In this document: positions 1 to 9,337 of the stretch, in pieces | Numbering within the stretch: the first letter of the stretch is position 1 | Layout of the letters: the number at the start of each line of letters is the position of its first letter | Source: a candidate division WOR-3 bacterium | GTDB taxonomy: Bacteria; Hydrothermota; Tepidihabitantia; Tepidihabitantales; Tepidihabitantaceae | Assembly: GCA_965648935.1 (NCBI GenBank) | Contig: CBFGIY010000001.1 | Coordinates: 56,307-120,306, forward strand | Direction: 5' to 3' | DNA: 64,000 nucleotides | Program-made: the position numbers and the translations under genes | The notes under the pieces: generated by a model | The model's input: only the letters and a program-made list of their open reading frames with translations | Databases searched by the model: none | Told to the model about the DNA's origin: nothing

Positions 1-1635
1 AGGGTCGGGGACCGCGTCGGCATATACTCCTACAACCGGCCCGAATGGGTCGTCACAGACCTCGCCGTGGCCAAGCTCGGCGCGGTGCTCATCCCGGTCT
101 ACCACACCCTGCCCGAGGACGCGGTGCGCTACATCCTCAACGACGCCAGGGTCAGCCACCTCGTGGTCGAATCGCCCGACCTGTTCGCCGTGGTCGCGCG
201 GGTGATGGCCGCGGTGCCGGACCTGACCGATGTCATCACGCTGTTCGCGCACGACCAGACCAGCCATACGGGCAAGTCCCTGTTCTCGTTCGAGCTGCTC
301 CGGGCCGAAGGTGCCCGGGCGCTCGCCGCCGACCCCGGCCTGGCCATGGCGCACGAGCCGGGCCCGGACGACCTGTTCACGGTCTGCTACACCTCGGGCA
401 CGACCGGCGAGCCCAAGGGCGCGATGCTCACCCACCGCAACATCCTCTCCAATGTCATCTCCGGCGCGGCGCGGTTCGACATCAACGAGCGCGACGTCTT
501 CGTGTCCTTCCTGCCGCTCTGCCATATGTTCGAGCGCACCTGCGGCTACTACACCGTGCTGCTCGTCGGCGGCTGCATCGCCTACGCCGAATCGACCCAG
601 ACCGTCGCCCGCGACGTCCAGGCCGTGAGGCCGACCGTGCTCATCGTCGTGCCCCGCGTGCTCGAAAAGGTGTACAACGTCGTGCGCGAGCGCGTGCTCA
701 CCGGCCCGGCCTGGAAGCGCTGGCTGATGGTCGAGTCACTGCGCGTCTACGGCCGCCACCACCGCCTCAAGTCGCGCAACCAGCCGATACCGTTCGGGCT
801 CAGGCTCTCCCACTGGCTGCTCGGCCGGCTCGTCGTCAGAAAGCTCCACGCGCTGGCCGGCGGCCGGCTGCGCTACCTCGTGTCCGGCGGCGCGCCCCTG
901 GACAAGCGGCTCGGCCGCATCCTGCGCAGCCTCGAGTTCAACATCTACGAGGGCTACGGCCTGACCGAGACCTCGCCCGTGGTCTGCTCGATGATGCCCG
1001 GCGACGAGCGCATCGGCACGGTCGGCAAGCCGATGGAGGACGTCGAGATACGCATCGGCCCCGACTCGGAAATCCTCGTCCGCGGCCCCAACGTGATGAA
1101 GGGCTACCTCAACAAGCCCGACGAGACCGCCAGGGTCATCGACGCCGACGGCTGGTTCCACACCGGCGACCAGGGCCGGTTTGACGAGCGCGGCAACCTC
1201 GTCATCACCGGCCGCATCAAGGAGCTCATCGTCAACTCCTACGGCAAGAACATCGCCCCGGTGCCGATCGAGCAGAAGCTCGCCTCGTCCGAGTACATCG
1301 AACAGGCGATGGTCTATGGCGACCGCAAGCCCTTTCTTTCCGCGCTCATCGTGCCATCGCGCATCGTGCTCGAGGAGTGGTGCCGCGGCCAGGGCATCGA
1401 CTGCGCCGACTTCTCGCGCGCGCTCGACGAACCCCGCGTCGTCGCGCTCTACCGCGCCGAGGTGGAAAGCGCGCTCAAGGACTTCGCCCAGTACGAACAG
1501 GTCAAGGCTTTCCGGCTCATCCCCGAACCGTTCACGGTCGAAAACGGCCTCCTGACCCCGTCGTTCAAGCTGCGCCGGCCCCAGGTCTATGAAGCCTACA
1601 AGGAAGCGATCGAGAAGCTCTACGAAGGACATTGA
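1..1635 (+). CDS. Long-chain fatty acid-CoA ligase (AMP-dependent synthetase), 5' end outside window
   Basis: YTSGTTGEPKG, YGLTETSP, GWFHTGD and GRIKELIV motifs; frame is open back to base 1 (RVGDRVGIYSYNRPEW). Confidence 0.93.
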   Translation, partial: RVGDRVGIYSYNRPEWVVTDLAVAKLGAVLIPVYHTLPEDAVRYILNDARVSHLVVESPDLFAVVARVMAAVPDLTDVITLFAHDQTSHTGKSLFSFELLRAEGARALAADPGLAMAHEPGPDDLFTVCYTSGTTGEPKGAMLTHRNILSNVISGAARFDINERDVFVSFLPLCHMFERTCGYYTVLLVGGCIAYAESTQTVARDVQAVRPTVLIVVPRVLEKVYNVVRERVLTGPAWKRWLMVESLRVYGRHHRLKSRNQPIPFGLRLSHWLLGRLVVRKLHALAGGRLRYLVSGGAPLDKRLGRILRSLEFNIYEGYGLTETSPVVCSMMPGDERIGTVGKPMEDVEIRIGPDSEILVRGPNVMKGYLNKPDETARVIDADGWFHTGDQGRFDERGNLVITGRIKELIVNSYGKNIAPVPIEQKLASSEYIEQAMVYGDRKPFLSALIVPSRIVLEEWCRGQGIDCADFSRALDEPRVVALYRAEVESALKDFAQYEQVKAFRLIPEPFTVENGLLTPSFKLRRPQVYEAYKEAIEKLYEGH

Positions 1636-1638
1636 GCA

Positions 1639-2412
1639 GTGAAACCACTCACCGGGCAACCCGACCGTCTGACCGCCGTGTTGTTTCTCATCCTGCTCTG
1701 CGTTGTTTCACCCCTCGCCCTCGCCGCCGCGCCGCCGGCTGGCTCGCCGCTCGACCGGGCCGAGTTTTTGTTCTTCAACCGCCATCAGAGCCGCGCCTGG
1801 CTCGACTCCGCCTACCGCATCATCGCGGCCGAACGCCGCGCCGACCCGGCTGGCGAGCGCTGCCTCTATCTCTGGTCGCGCATTCATATCCAGAAGGGCG
1901 ACGAGGCGAAGACCAGCGCCGAGAAGCTCGAGCTATACACCCGGGCCCGCGCCATCGCCGAAACTCTCATCACCCGCAACGAACGCAACCCGCTCGGCCA
2001 CACCTGGTGGGCGGTCGCGCACGGCCGCATCGGCCAGACCCGCGGCGTGTTGAACTCGCTCTTCATGGTCCCGGCCCTGCGCAAGGCGGTCAACCGCGCG
2101 GTCGAGCTCGACCCGAACCAGCCGACCGCACTCGACGTGCTCGGAGTGCTGCACTACGAGTTGCCCGGGTTTGCCGGCGGCGACCTGCACAAGTCCGAAG
2201 GATACCTCCTGCGCGGCATCGAGGCCGACCCGAACTACACCCTGCTCCGGCTCGACCTCGCCAAGGTCTACATCCGCCAGAAGCGCTGGGTCGGCGCGCG
2301 CGCCCAGCTCGCGCGCCTGCTGGCGACCCAGAACCCGACCTACCCGGCCGACTTCTATCTCGACGACAAGCCCGAGGCCGAAGCCCTGCTCGGGGAAATC
2401 GCCGGCAGGTAG
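1639..2412 (+). CDS. Secreted tetratricopeptide-repeat (TPR) protein
   Basis: N-terminal hydrophobic signal; TPR-like helices (RAVELDPNQ, LPGFAGGD, IEADPNY). Confidence 0.75.
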   Translation: MKPLTGQPDRLTAVLFLILLCVVSPLALAAAPPAGSPLDRAEFLFFNRHQSRAWLDSAYRIIAAERRADPAGERCLYLWSRIHIQKGDEAKTSAEKLELYTRARAIAETLITRNERNPLGHTWWAVAHGRIGQTRGVLNSLFMVPALRKAVNRAVELDPNQPTALDVLGVLHYELPGFAGGDLHKSEGYLLRGIEADPNYTLLRLDLAKVYIRQKRWVGARAQLARLLATQNPTYPADFYLDDKPEAEALLGEIAGR

Positions 2413-2415
2413 CCC

Positions 2416-3135
2416 GTGCTCGCGGTCCTCTGCGCCGCGCTTGCCGCGCTCGGCCCGGCCGACTCGCTCGCCGCACAGGGCCGCTGGTACCTTGACCATC
2501 GCCACCTCGACCGGTCCTGGCTTGATTCGGCCGCCGCACTCGCGGCCCGGGCCCGCGCTCTGGACCGCTTCGCCGAGGCCGCGGTCGCGCTCGACTGCGA
2601 TGTCCGGCTGAACCGCGGGCTGGACACATCCGGCAGACCTGAACGGCTCATCGTGTTCCGCGCGATGCAGGCGCTTGCCGACTCGATGCGCTCGGCCCGG
2701 CCCGAAAGCCCGGTCGGCCACTTCCAGTGGGCCACGGCCACCGCCCAGATCGGCCTTGCCCAGCGCAACCTCGCCGCGCTCCAGGCCATCCCGGCCGTGC
2801 GCCGCGCCTATGCCCGCGCGCTCGAACTCCAGCCCGCTCACGTCGGCGCGCTCTACGGTTTGGCCATGCTCTGGGCCGGCCCGCCGCGGATTGCCGGCGG
2901 CGCCCCAGAGCGAGCCGACAGCCTCCTCTCAGTAGCCATCGCGCTCGACCCGCGCCTGACAATGCTGCGCGTCGAGCGCGCCCGTCTGCTCATCGCGGCG
3001 AAACGCCGCGCCGAAGCGCGAGTCGAACTAGGAGCGGTGATGCGCGAAACCAGCCCGAGTGTTCCGTCGGCCTACTGGCTGAACGACCGGCATACCGCAG
3101 AGAAGCTGCTGGAGGAATTGGAGCAGGCCCGGTGA
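2416..3135 (+). CDS. TPR protein, paralog of the preceding gene
   Basis: Shared motifs: RHQSRAWLDSA vs RHLDRSWLDSA; PGFAGG vs PRIAGG; FYLDDKPEAE vs YWLNDRHTAE. Confidence 0.7.
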   Translation: MLAVLCAALAALGPADSLAAQGRWYLDHRHLDRSWLDSAAALAARARALDRFAEAAVALDCDVRLNRGLDTSGRPERLIVFRAMQALADSMRSARPESPVGHFQWATATAQIGLAQRNLAALQAIPAVRRAYARALELQPAHVGALYGLAMLWAGPPRIAGGAPERADSLLSVAIALDPRLTMLRVERARLLIAAKRRAEARVELGAVMRETSPSVPSAYWLNDRHTAEKLLEELEQAR

Positions 3136-3219
3136 GCGCAGCTGGTGCTCTTTCGCGTGTCCGCCCCCTTCATTTCCGCATGCTTGAAACCCGGGACCCG
3201 CGTTCCCATAAGGAGAAAG

Positions 3220-3723
3220 ATGGCAAACACAACTGACAACCTGAAGGCGGCATTCGCTGGCGAGAGCCAGGCCAACCGCCGCTACCTTGCCTTCGCGAAG
3301 AAGGCAGACCAGCAGGGCCTGCCCGGCGTCGCGAAGCTCTTCCGCGCCGCGGCCGAGGCCGAAACCGTCCACGCCCACGCCCACCTGCGCGTGCTCGGCG
3401 GCGTCAAAGACACGGCTGACAACCTCAAAGAGGCCATCGCCGGCGAGCACCACGAGTTCGCCTCGATGTACCCCGAGTTCCTCGCCGTGGCCAGGGCCGA
3501 GAACAACGTCGCCGCCCAGAAGAGCTTCGAGTTCGCCCTCGCCGTCGAGAAGATCCACCACCAGCTCTACTCCGAAGCGCTGGCCGCGGTCCAGTCGGGC
3601 AAGGACCTGCCCGCCGGCGAAATCTGGGTCTGCAGCGTCTGCGGCAACACGGTCCACGGCGCGCCGCCCGACAAGTGCCCGATCTGCGGCGTGGCCCGCG
3701 ACAGATTCACCCGCATCGACTGA
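3220..3723 (+). CDS. rbr: Rubrerythrin
   Basis: AFAGESQANRRY, EAETVHA, EHHEFASMY and C-terminal CSVCG...CPICG; AGGAG RBS before ATG 3220. Confidence 0.95.
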   Translation: MANTTDNLKAAFAGESQANRRYLAFAKKADQQGLPGVAKLFRAAAEAETVHAHAHLRVLGGVKDTADNLKEAIAGEHHEFASMYPEFLAVARAENNVAAQKSFEFALAVEKIHHQLYSEALAAVQSGKDLPAGEIWVCSVCGNTVHGAPPDKCPICGVARDRFTRID

Positions 3724-3734
3724 CCCGGTCGGTC

Positions 3735-3770
3735 AAAAAGAAGGCGGGCCCGCGCGGGCCCGCCTTGCGT
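3735..3770. terminator. Intrinsic terminator between convergent genes
   Basis: Perfect 26-bp palindrome AAGGCGGGCCCGCGCGGGCCCGCCTT (3741-3766) preceded by an A-tract. Confidence 0.75.
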
Positions 3771-3783
3771 TCTGCGGTCAGCT

Positions 3784-4104
3784 TCAGTCGAAATCCAGCG
3801 CGGCCTCCGGCCCGTTCTCGGCCGGTTCGACGCGCACGCCCGCGGGCAGCCCGGCGACCGCCTCATCGCCCGGGGCCGAAAGCGCGGCCGCGTCGCGCCG
3901 CGAGCGCGCCGCCGCGATCCGCTCCAGCGCGTCGCTGATTATCCGCACCCGCGTGTCGGCCGCGGCGCGGCGGTTGATGATGATCATCCAGCAGTCGCGC
4001 AGCCGGCACATCCCGCCCTCGCCCTGCACGTCGTCGTACACCAGCCTGATGCCCTGCTCGCGGCAGGCCTGCTCCAGCCCCAGAAGCCTCTTCTTCGGAG
4101 TCAT
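3784..4104 (-). CDS. Small conserved hypothetical protein
   Basis: ATG overlaps the upstream stop codon; GEGGMCRLR..IIINRR motif. Confidence 0.6.
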   Translation of the reverse strand: MTPKKRLLGLEQACREQGIRLVYDDVQGEGGMCRLRDCWMIIINRRAAADTRVRIISDALERIAAARSRRDAAALSAPGDEAVAGLPAGVRVEPAENGPEAALDFD

Positions 4105-5060
4105 TGCCACCCTTTCTCCTTGCACCACTCGAGAGTCTCGGCAAGCCCCCTCTCGAGCGTGTACTCCGGCTCAAACCCCAGCTCCGCGCGCGCCTTGTCC
4201 GGGCAGCACACCCAGCAGTCGTGCACCAGCTCGCGCGCCTTGTCCCGGTTGACATAGCTCCCGCCCGGGTGCAGCCACTCGGTCACGGTCGCGACCGCGA
4301 ACACGAACCAGCCCGGCGCCCTGATGCGCCACACCCGGTGCCCGAGAGAGCGCGCGCCCAGCTCGGCGAACTGCGCCGCGGTGTGCTCTTCCCCGTCCGA
4401 CACCAGGTACACCGACCCGCTCGGCACGTCGCGCTCTGCGGCCAGCAGGGCCGCGCGCGCCGCGTCCTTGACATACACAACAGAGAAAGAGCCCCACGGG
4501 TCGAGCAGTATGCCCCGGCGCAGCGCGTTCATTATTATCATCGTGTTCGCATCGTCCGGCCCGTACACCGCGGGCAGCCGCAGAATCACCGAGCGCAGCC
4601 GCTCGCGCAGCCCGAGCACCGCGCGCTCGGCCGCCAGCTTTGACTCGCCGTACCGACTCACCGGCGCGGGCGCCTGCGCCTCGGTCGTCGGGCGGTCGCG
4701 CGCGGGCGCCGGCCCGCACGCCGCCGTGCTCGACACGAACACGAATCGCTTCACGCCCGCCTCCGCGCACGCCTCGGCAATCACCCGCGTGCCCTCGCGA
4801 TTCACCTGCACCAGGTCGCGGCCTCTGCCCGGCGACACCTCGGCCGCGCAGTGGAAAACCCAGTCACAGCCCTGCACCGCCGCGCTCACCGTTGCCGGCT
4901 CGCGCAGGTCCGCGTGGACAGCGACCGCGCCCGCCCCTGCCAGCCGGTCCAGCCTGCTCGTCCGGCGCACCATCGCCCGCACCTCGTGGCCGCGCTCGGC
5001 CAGCAACCGGCACAGGTGCGAACCGATGAAGCCGCTCGCCCCGGTCACCAATGCCCTCAT
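4101..5060 (-). CDS. NAD-dependent epimerase/dehydratase (extended SDR)
   Basis: TGASGFIG Rossmann motif; YGESK catalytic motif. Confidence 0.93.
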   Translation of the reverse strand: MRALVTGASGFIGSHLCRLLAERGHEVRAMVRRTSRLDRLAGAGAVAVHADLREPATVSAAVQGCDWVFHCAAEVSPGRGRDLVQVNREGTRVIAEACAEAGVKRFVFVSSTAACGPAPARDRPTTEAQAPAPVSRYGESKLAAERAVLGLRERLRSVILRLPAVYGPDDANTMIIMNALRRGILLDPWGSFSVVYVKDAARAALLAAERDVPSGSVYLVSDGEEHTAAQFAELGARSLGHRVWRIRAPGWFVFAVATVTEWLHPGGSYVNRDKARELVHDCWVCCPDKARAELGFEPEYTLERGLAETLEWCKEKGWQ

Positions 5061-5900
5061 CTACCGCAGGCGCGGCGCCAGGGCGCGCTCGAAGTAGTCG
5101 CGCGCCGCGAGCGCCGCCTCTTTCGGCCGCACCTCGAAGGTCAGCGTCGCCCTGGTCCGGGCAAGCATCGCCAGGAGCGGGACAAAGTCAATCCGGCCCT
5201 TGCCCGGGGCGAGGTGCTCGTCGCGCACCCCGTTGTTGTCGTGCACGTGGCAGTGGCACACGCGCGCGAGGTGCCGCCGAAAGAACTCCTGCTCGGCCGC
5301 GCGCTCGGCCGGCCTGAGGATGTTGGTATGCCCCAGGTCGTAGCACAGCCCGAGCCAGCCGCCCAGCATCCGGTCCAAGAGCCTCTGCACGAACGGGTAG
5401 CGGAACCCCCCGACATTCTCGATGCACAGCCGGGTCCGGCCCCGCGCATGGCCCTTCAGCTCGGCCAGGGCCGAACCGACCAGCTCGCGGTAGAAATCCG
5501 GGAAGTAATCGTGCGGGTACACGTACCCCGCGCCCTGCCCGTAATGCATCTCGAACCCGAGGTGCAGCACCGCCTTGGCGATGCCTGAGTCCCGGCACTG
5601 GTCCAGCAGCCGCTTCGTCTCGGCCACGCCCGCGGCCACGACCCGCCTGCTCGGCACGAAGAACGAGGGTCCCTCGATCGCGTGCACCGCCAGCGTCAGC
5701 CCGAGCCGCACAGCCGCGGCCCGGATGCGCCTGCGCTCCCGCGCCCGTTCGAGCTGCTCCGCGAAATGCCGGTTCCCGAGGTTCAGCTCCAGCACGGGAA
5801 AGGCGTTCGCCGCGGCGAACTCGATCGCCGCGACGATGTCGTCGAAGTCGAAGAGAATCTGCAGGCCCAGGCGCGAGCGTATGGCGTCTGCCGCGTGCAC
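5061..5900 (-). CDS. Sugar phosphate isomerase/epimerase (AP endonuclease 2 TIM-barrel) family protein
   Basis: CIENV, YDLGH and HVHDNNGVRDEHLAPGKGRIDF motifs; GTG start 5 nt after a TAGAAT -10 box. Confidence 0.85.
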   Translation of the reverse strand: MHAADAIRSRLGLQILFDFDDIVAAIEFAAANAFPVLELNLGNRHFAEQLERARERRRIRAAAVRLGLTLAVHAIEGPSFFVPSRRVVAAGVAETKRLLDQCRDSGIAKAVLHLGFEMHYGQGAGYVYPHDYFPDFYRELVGSALAELKGHARGRTRLCIENVGGFRYPFVQRLLDRMLGGWLGLCYDLGHTNILRPAERAAEQEFFRRHLARVCHCHVHDNNGVRDEHLAPGKGRIDFVPLLAMLARTRATLTFEVRPKEAALAARDYFERALAPRLR

Positions 5901-5976
5901 GCCCGATTCTATGGAAGTCCTCCCCGCCGTCAATTCGGTTTGGTTTTCTTTCGCGTCAAGTCCACGGATTGACAAG

Positions 5977-6348
5977 TCAGGGCGTCGGGTCGGGAATCGA
6001 AAGCACCTGCAGGCGCAGTGCGTCGAGCACGGTCTTCTTCAGCTCGCGCGCAATCCACTTGTTCTCGACCACCATCGCCTCGCGCCGCAGGGTCTCGCCC
6101 GTGAACCGCCGCTTCTTCTTCCACACCTCGCGGCAGAAATTCAGGTACCCGATGTAGGTGTGGGTCGGCACCCCGGCCTCGCCGAGTACCTCCTTGGCCT
6201 TGTTCTCCAGTTCGGCCAGCTCCTCCTGCACCTCGGTTTGCTTCGCGACCATCCGCTCGCGCCGCGCATCCACGAGCTTCTTGATGGTCTCGGTATTGTA
6301 CTTCAGATTGTAGTTGTAGACGCGGTCGACCCCGGACTTCACTCCCAC
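5977..6348 (-). CDS. 123-aa basic helical protein resembling the rudivirus SIRV2-type major coat protein
   Basis: GGAAAGGAG RBS; pattern VLxxxG[VI]x7YxxF...[ST]GxxL...VLDA matches the SIRV coat protein as I recall it. Confidence 0.6.
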   Translation of the reverse strand: MGVKSGVDRVYNYNLKYNTETIKKLVDARRERMVAKQTEVQEELAELENKAKEVLGEAGVPTHTYIGYLNFCREVWKKKRRFTGETLRREAMVVENKWIARELKKTVLDALRLQVLSIPDPTP

Positions 6349-6440
6349 GAGTACGCTCCTTTCCCTGCACGCCGCAGCGGCAAGCCAGCCGCCGCCGCGC
6401 GCGCCTCAACCAGTCCTGAAAACGATGCCATAACGCCCCG

Positions 6441-6469
6441 ACTCTAGCGAAATCAGGCCGGCCTGTCAA
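6441..6469 (-). promoter_or_regulatory. Sigma70-type promoter for the coat-protein-like gene
   Basis: TTGACA-N17-TAGAGT on the minus strand. Confidence 0.65.
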
Positions 6470-7097
6470 CACCCGACAACCCGCTTACCTCCCGCCGCCC
6501 AACCCCTCAACCAACTAACCAACCAGCCCAACTCTCATACCGACCACCCTTGCATCTAACCATATAACCATCAACTACTTATTCAACCAAGTACTCATAG
6601 GTAGGGGCTAGCCCCCACACTAGCCCCCCGGCAGTACACTAGGCTGAATGACAGACTAAACTAATAGCGATACAGCTCGCCGATAGGGTAGCTATACGAT
6701 GCGCTGATTACCGGCCTGCCATTAGGCCAACCCATCAGGCATTCCATCAGCCAGCCGGACCAATACCTTACACAGAAGCACCAGTGGTTTGTATGCCTTG
6801 TGCTATGCTCATTCATTCGAATTACTTACGGCTCGGTCACTCGATTCAGACCGATGCTGCGGCGTCCGGCCGAGCCGTGGCGCCCATCAACCTGCCGCTT
6901 GACGCGAGGCTTCCCAGCAAAACCACGCCGCCGGAGTCCGCTTCCCCGGCGACTCGTGCCAGTCCGTCAATCTGCCCGGCTTGCTGCCTTCGGCCAGCGA
7001 CCGCAGTGTTGTCTGCTCCCCGCCGACCGACGTGCCGACCCACCACAGCGAGCGAGCCGGCGGCAGATGCGCCGCCGGCTCATAGAGACCGCATTGC

Positions 7098-8912
7098 CTA
7101 TCGGGTCTTCACCGCCTTCTTGACCCAGCTTTGTCCGCCAGACTCCAGACTGAACAGGTAGATTCCCTTGGGCACGACGTGACCTCTCTCATCTCGCCCG
7201 TCCCATAGCACCTGATGGACTCCGCCCACTGCAGTCCCCTTGCTCAGCTCTCGAACGGCCACTCCGGCAGCGTCCAAGACTCGCAGACTGAAGACCGCAT
7301 TTGCTGGAACGCTGCAAGTCAGCCGGATGCTCCTGCTGAAGTGGCTCGGCCTGACATCTACTAGCCCGACTGCGGCGCGACTCGTCCCTGGGGCGCCTGA
7401 CTCGTCGACGGCAACTGTCTCCGTCCCGAAGCGGAAGACTGACGTAGAGCGCCTCGTACCCTCGCCATTTATGGCTAGAACGGACCAGAAGTACGTGGTG
7501 TTGTTCCTAAGCGGTACGACGCTGCCGTAATTGAACGACGTCCCAGTGGAACTACCCACTGTCACCTGCGGTGGATTCTGAGTGTCCAAGTTGATGTAGT
7601 ACGACGTGGCACCAGCGGCGGCCTGCCAAGTCATTGTCCCTCGGGTCGCCACGCCTACGGCGTTGTTGACTGGCGTGAGCAATTCGAAGGGGCCAGGCCC
7701 GAGGGGAGCGGTCACGAAGTAGAACCTGCTATTGCACTCTCTCTGTCCTGCGCTATTTCTCGCAACAACGTACCAGTAGTATGTTCGACCTGGAAGACAG
7801 GAGTAAGGGGTTGATGTCCCCGTGACATTGCGAAGGAATCCTGGAGGATTCGTAAGCCCGAGGTAGACATCATAGCTCGTGGCACCCGATGAAGACGCCC
7901 AACGCAACGTACCAGTGGCCGGTAACTCACGCGAACCGTTTGCTGGGGAGGTCAGGTCAAATGCGCCTGGAGCAGCAATGACCGTGCTAAAGCTGAACAC
8001 AGCGTTGCACTGCCTGCTACCTGAGCTGTTTTCCGCAATCACACGCCAGTAGTATGTCTGACCATTATCGCCCGAGTATGTGGTGGAAGTCGTCGGAGCG
8101 GTCACGGTCCTGAGGTACGGAGGCGGATAGGCCGTGCCGAAGTACACCTTGTAGCGCTCTGCATTTGAGGATGTTCCCCACCGCAGCGTCCCCGAAGTTG
8201 GCTGGTTCGTGGCGCCGTCAGTAGGTGATGTGAGACTGAATGGCCCAGGTGCCGGCTGGATACGAACTGCCCCATTCACATACACTGCGATGCGATTAAC
8301 CCCCATCGTATCACTACCGTTCCAGATGTTCACCTTAGCAACGTTGTTGCTGGTGTTCCAGTTTATGGAACTCGAAGGCTTGGTGATGGACCAGAACCTC
8401 CAGGTCTCATCCAAGTAGGGCGTCGTACCAGAAGAGCTATTTATGCTGATCTGGGCGCTCGCGTTGCCTCCCTTTGCCGTTAGAAGCGCTACCACATCGA
8501 CATCATCACAGCTCCCGTAGCCGGTCATGTTTAGGTTGTAGTACTCAACCGCGCCACCTGTGACCGGTATCCGCCAGCAATACGGGTTGCCGCTGATCCA
8601 CGATATCCTCCCCACCGTGGTGTTGCCGGTACGCCTGAGTGATCCATTCCCGTTTGGATTAGTACCAGTGATTTCCAGAGCTCCTGTACTCGTGTTGATG
8701 ACTGCCTGCTGGCTGAAGTCATCGAACGAACCGTCAGGCAGGTTGCCCTGCCCGTCGACCGGCAACGCAGGCTGACGTGACTCCCCGACAGGCAGGTCAA
8801 ACCTGAGCGTAACCTTGCCGTTTCCTTCATCCGCCACGACCACCGGCTGAACGACTATGGCGTTCTCGATGCCGGCCGCTACGAGCATGAGGGCAATCAT
8901 GCCCACGATCAT
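7098..8912 (-). CDS. Secreted protein with three FN3-like repeats and a FlgD-Ig/T9SS-like CTD
   Basis: GGGAGGT RBS; signal peptide; 3x PG[PA]FxLxxPxxxA...YYW repeats; C-terminal WDGRDERGHVVPKGIY; lower GC than flanks. Confidence 0.8.
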   Translation of the reverse strand: MIVGMIALMLVAAGIENAIVVQPVVVADEGNGKVTLRFDLPVGESRQPALPVDGQGNLPDGSFDDFSQQAVINTSTGALEITGTNPNGNGSLRRTGNTTVGRISWISGNPYCWRIPVTGGAVEYYNLNMTGYGSCDDVDVVALLTAKGGNASAQISINSSSGTTPYLDETWRFWSITKPSSSINWNTSNNVAKVNIWNGSDTMGVNRIAVYVNGAVRIQPAPGPFSLTSPTDGATNQPTSGTLRWGTSSNAERYKVYFGTAYPPPYLRTVTAPTTSTTYSGDNGQTYYWRVIAENSSGSRQCNAVFSFSTVIAAPGAFDLTSPANGSRELPATGTLRWASSSGATSYDVYLGLTNPPGFLRNVTGTSTPYSCLPGRTYYWYVVARNSAGQRECNSRFYFVTAPLGPGPFELLTPVNNAVGVATRGTMTWQAAAGATSYYINLDTQNPPQVTVGSSTGTSFNYGSVVPLRNNTTYFWSVLAINGEGTRRSTSVFRFGTETVAVDESGAPGTSRAAVGLVDVRPSHFSRSIRLTCSVPANAVFSLRVLDAAGVAVRELSKGTAVGGVHQVLWDGRDERGHVVPKGIYLFSLESGGQSWVKKAVKTR

Positions 8913-9018
8913 GCGTACCTCCCTAGTCTTGCGCCCACCGCACCAGCGTGCGCTTGCCTGCGTCTCGGCTCGGTGCCGCCGTGATGGACTTCTTGGTATG
9001 TCGCATCGGGCAACAGAA

Positions 9019-9035
9019 TGCACAGAGCGTGCCAA
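9019..9035 (-). promoter_or_regulatory. Sigma-54 (-24/-12) promoter for 7098-8912
   Basis: TTGGCAC-GCTCT-GTGCA with correct GG-N10-GC spacing. Confidence 0.65.
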
Positions 9036-9052
9036 GCGGACACGAGGACGAA

Positions 9053-9087
9053 GTCAAAGGCCAAAAGCCAAAACTCAAATGCCAAAT
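9053..9087 (+). repeat. Degenerate heptamer tandem repeat
   Basis: GTCAAAG GCCAAAA GCCAAAA CTCAAAT GCCAAAT. Confidence 0.7.
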
Positions 9088-9152
9088 CGACCGAGGAACG
9101 AGGTCATCCCGAGGGAATCGAGGGACCTTGCCCCGAGAGCCTGGCCCGCAAC

Positions 9153-9198
9153 TGTCACCGAGGAGTGACGGGAGGTGTAACCGGGCGGTTACGGGCGG
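9153..9198. promoter_or_regulatory. Tandem palindromic sites, candidate sigma-54 activator enhancer
   Basis: Two 23-bp units containing GTCAC-N6-GTGAC and GTAAC-N6-GTTAC, 120-165 bp upstream of the sigma-54 promoter. Confidence 0.45.
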
Positions 9199-9337
9199 GG
9201 CGTTTGCGAAGCGGTGTGAATGAGGCTAACGGATGGGTGAGTGGGTGCTGGAATCGCGGGCTGGACAGGCCGAACTGAGTGCCGGCGGCTCTTGGCGTGG
9301 CCCAGACGCGCCCCTGCGGGGACGCAGTGCACTTCGT

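Noticed and set aside
6557..6582. Tyrosine-recombinase or dif-like site (TAAC...TCAACTACTTA); a weaker one near 58290
   Set aside because: The palindrome is too degenerate and no recombinase lies nearby.
9100..9200. Cobalamin riboswitch (GGGAA...CCCGCAACTGT)
   Set aside because: No B12 box follows and there is no downstream plus-strand gene; enhancer palindromes explain the region better.
5977..9300. Intact prophage around the coat-like gene
   Set aside because: No integrase, replication, packaging or other virion genes and no att repeats.
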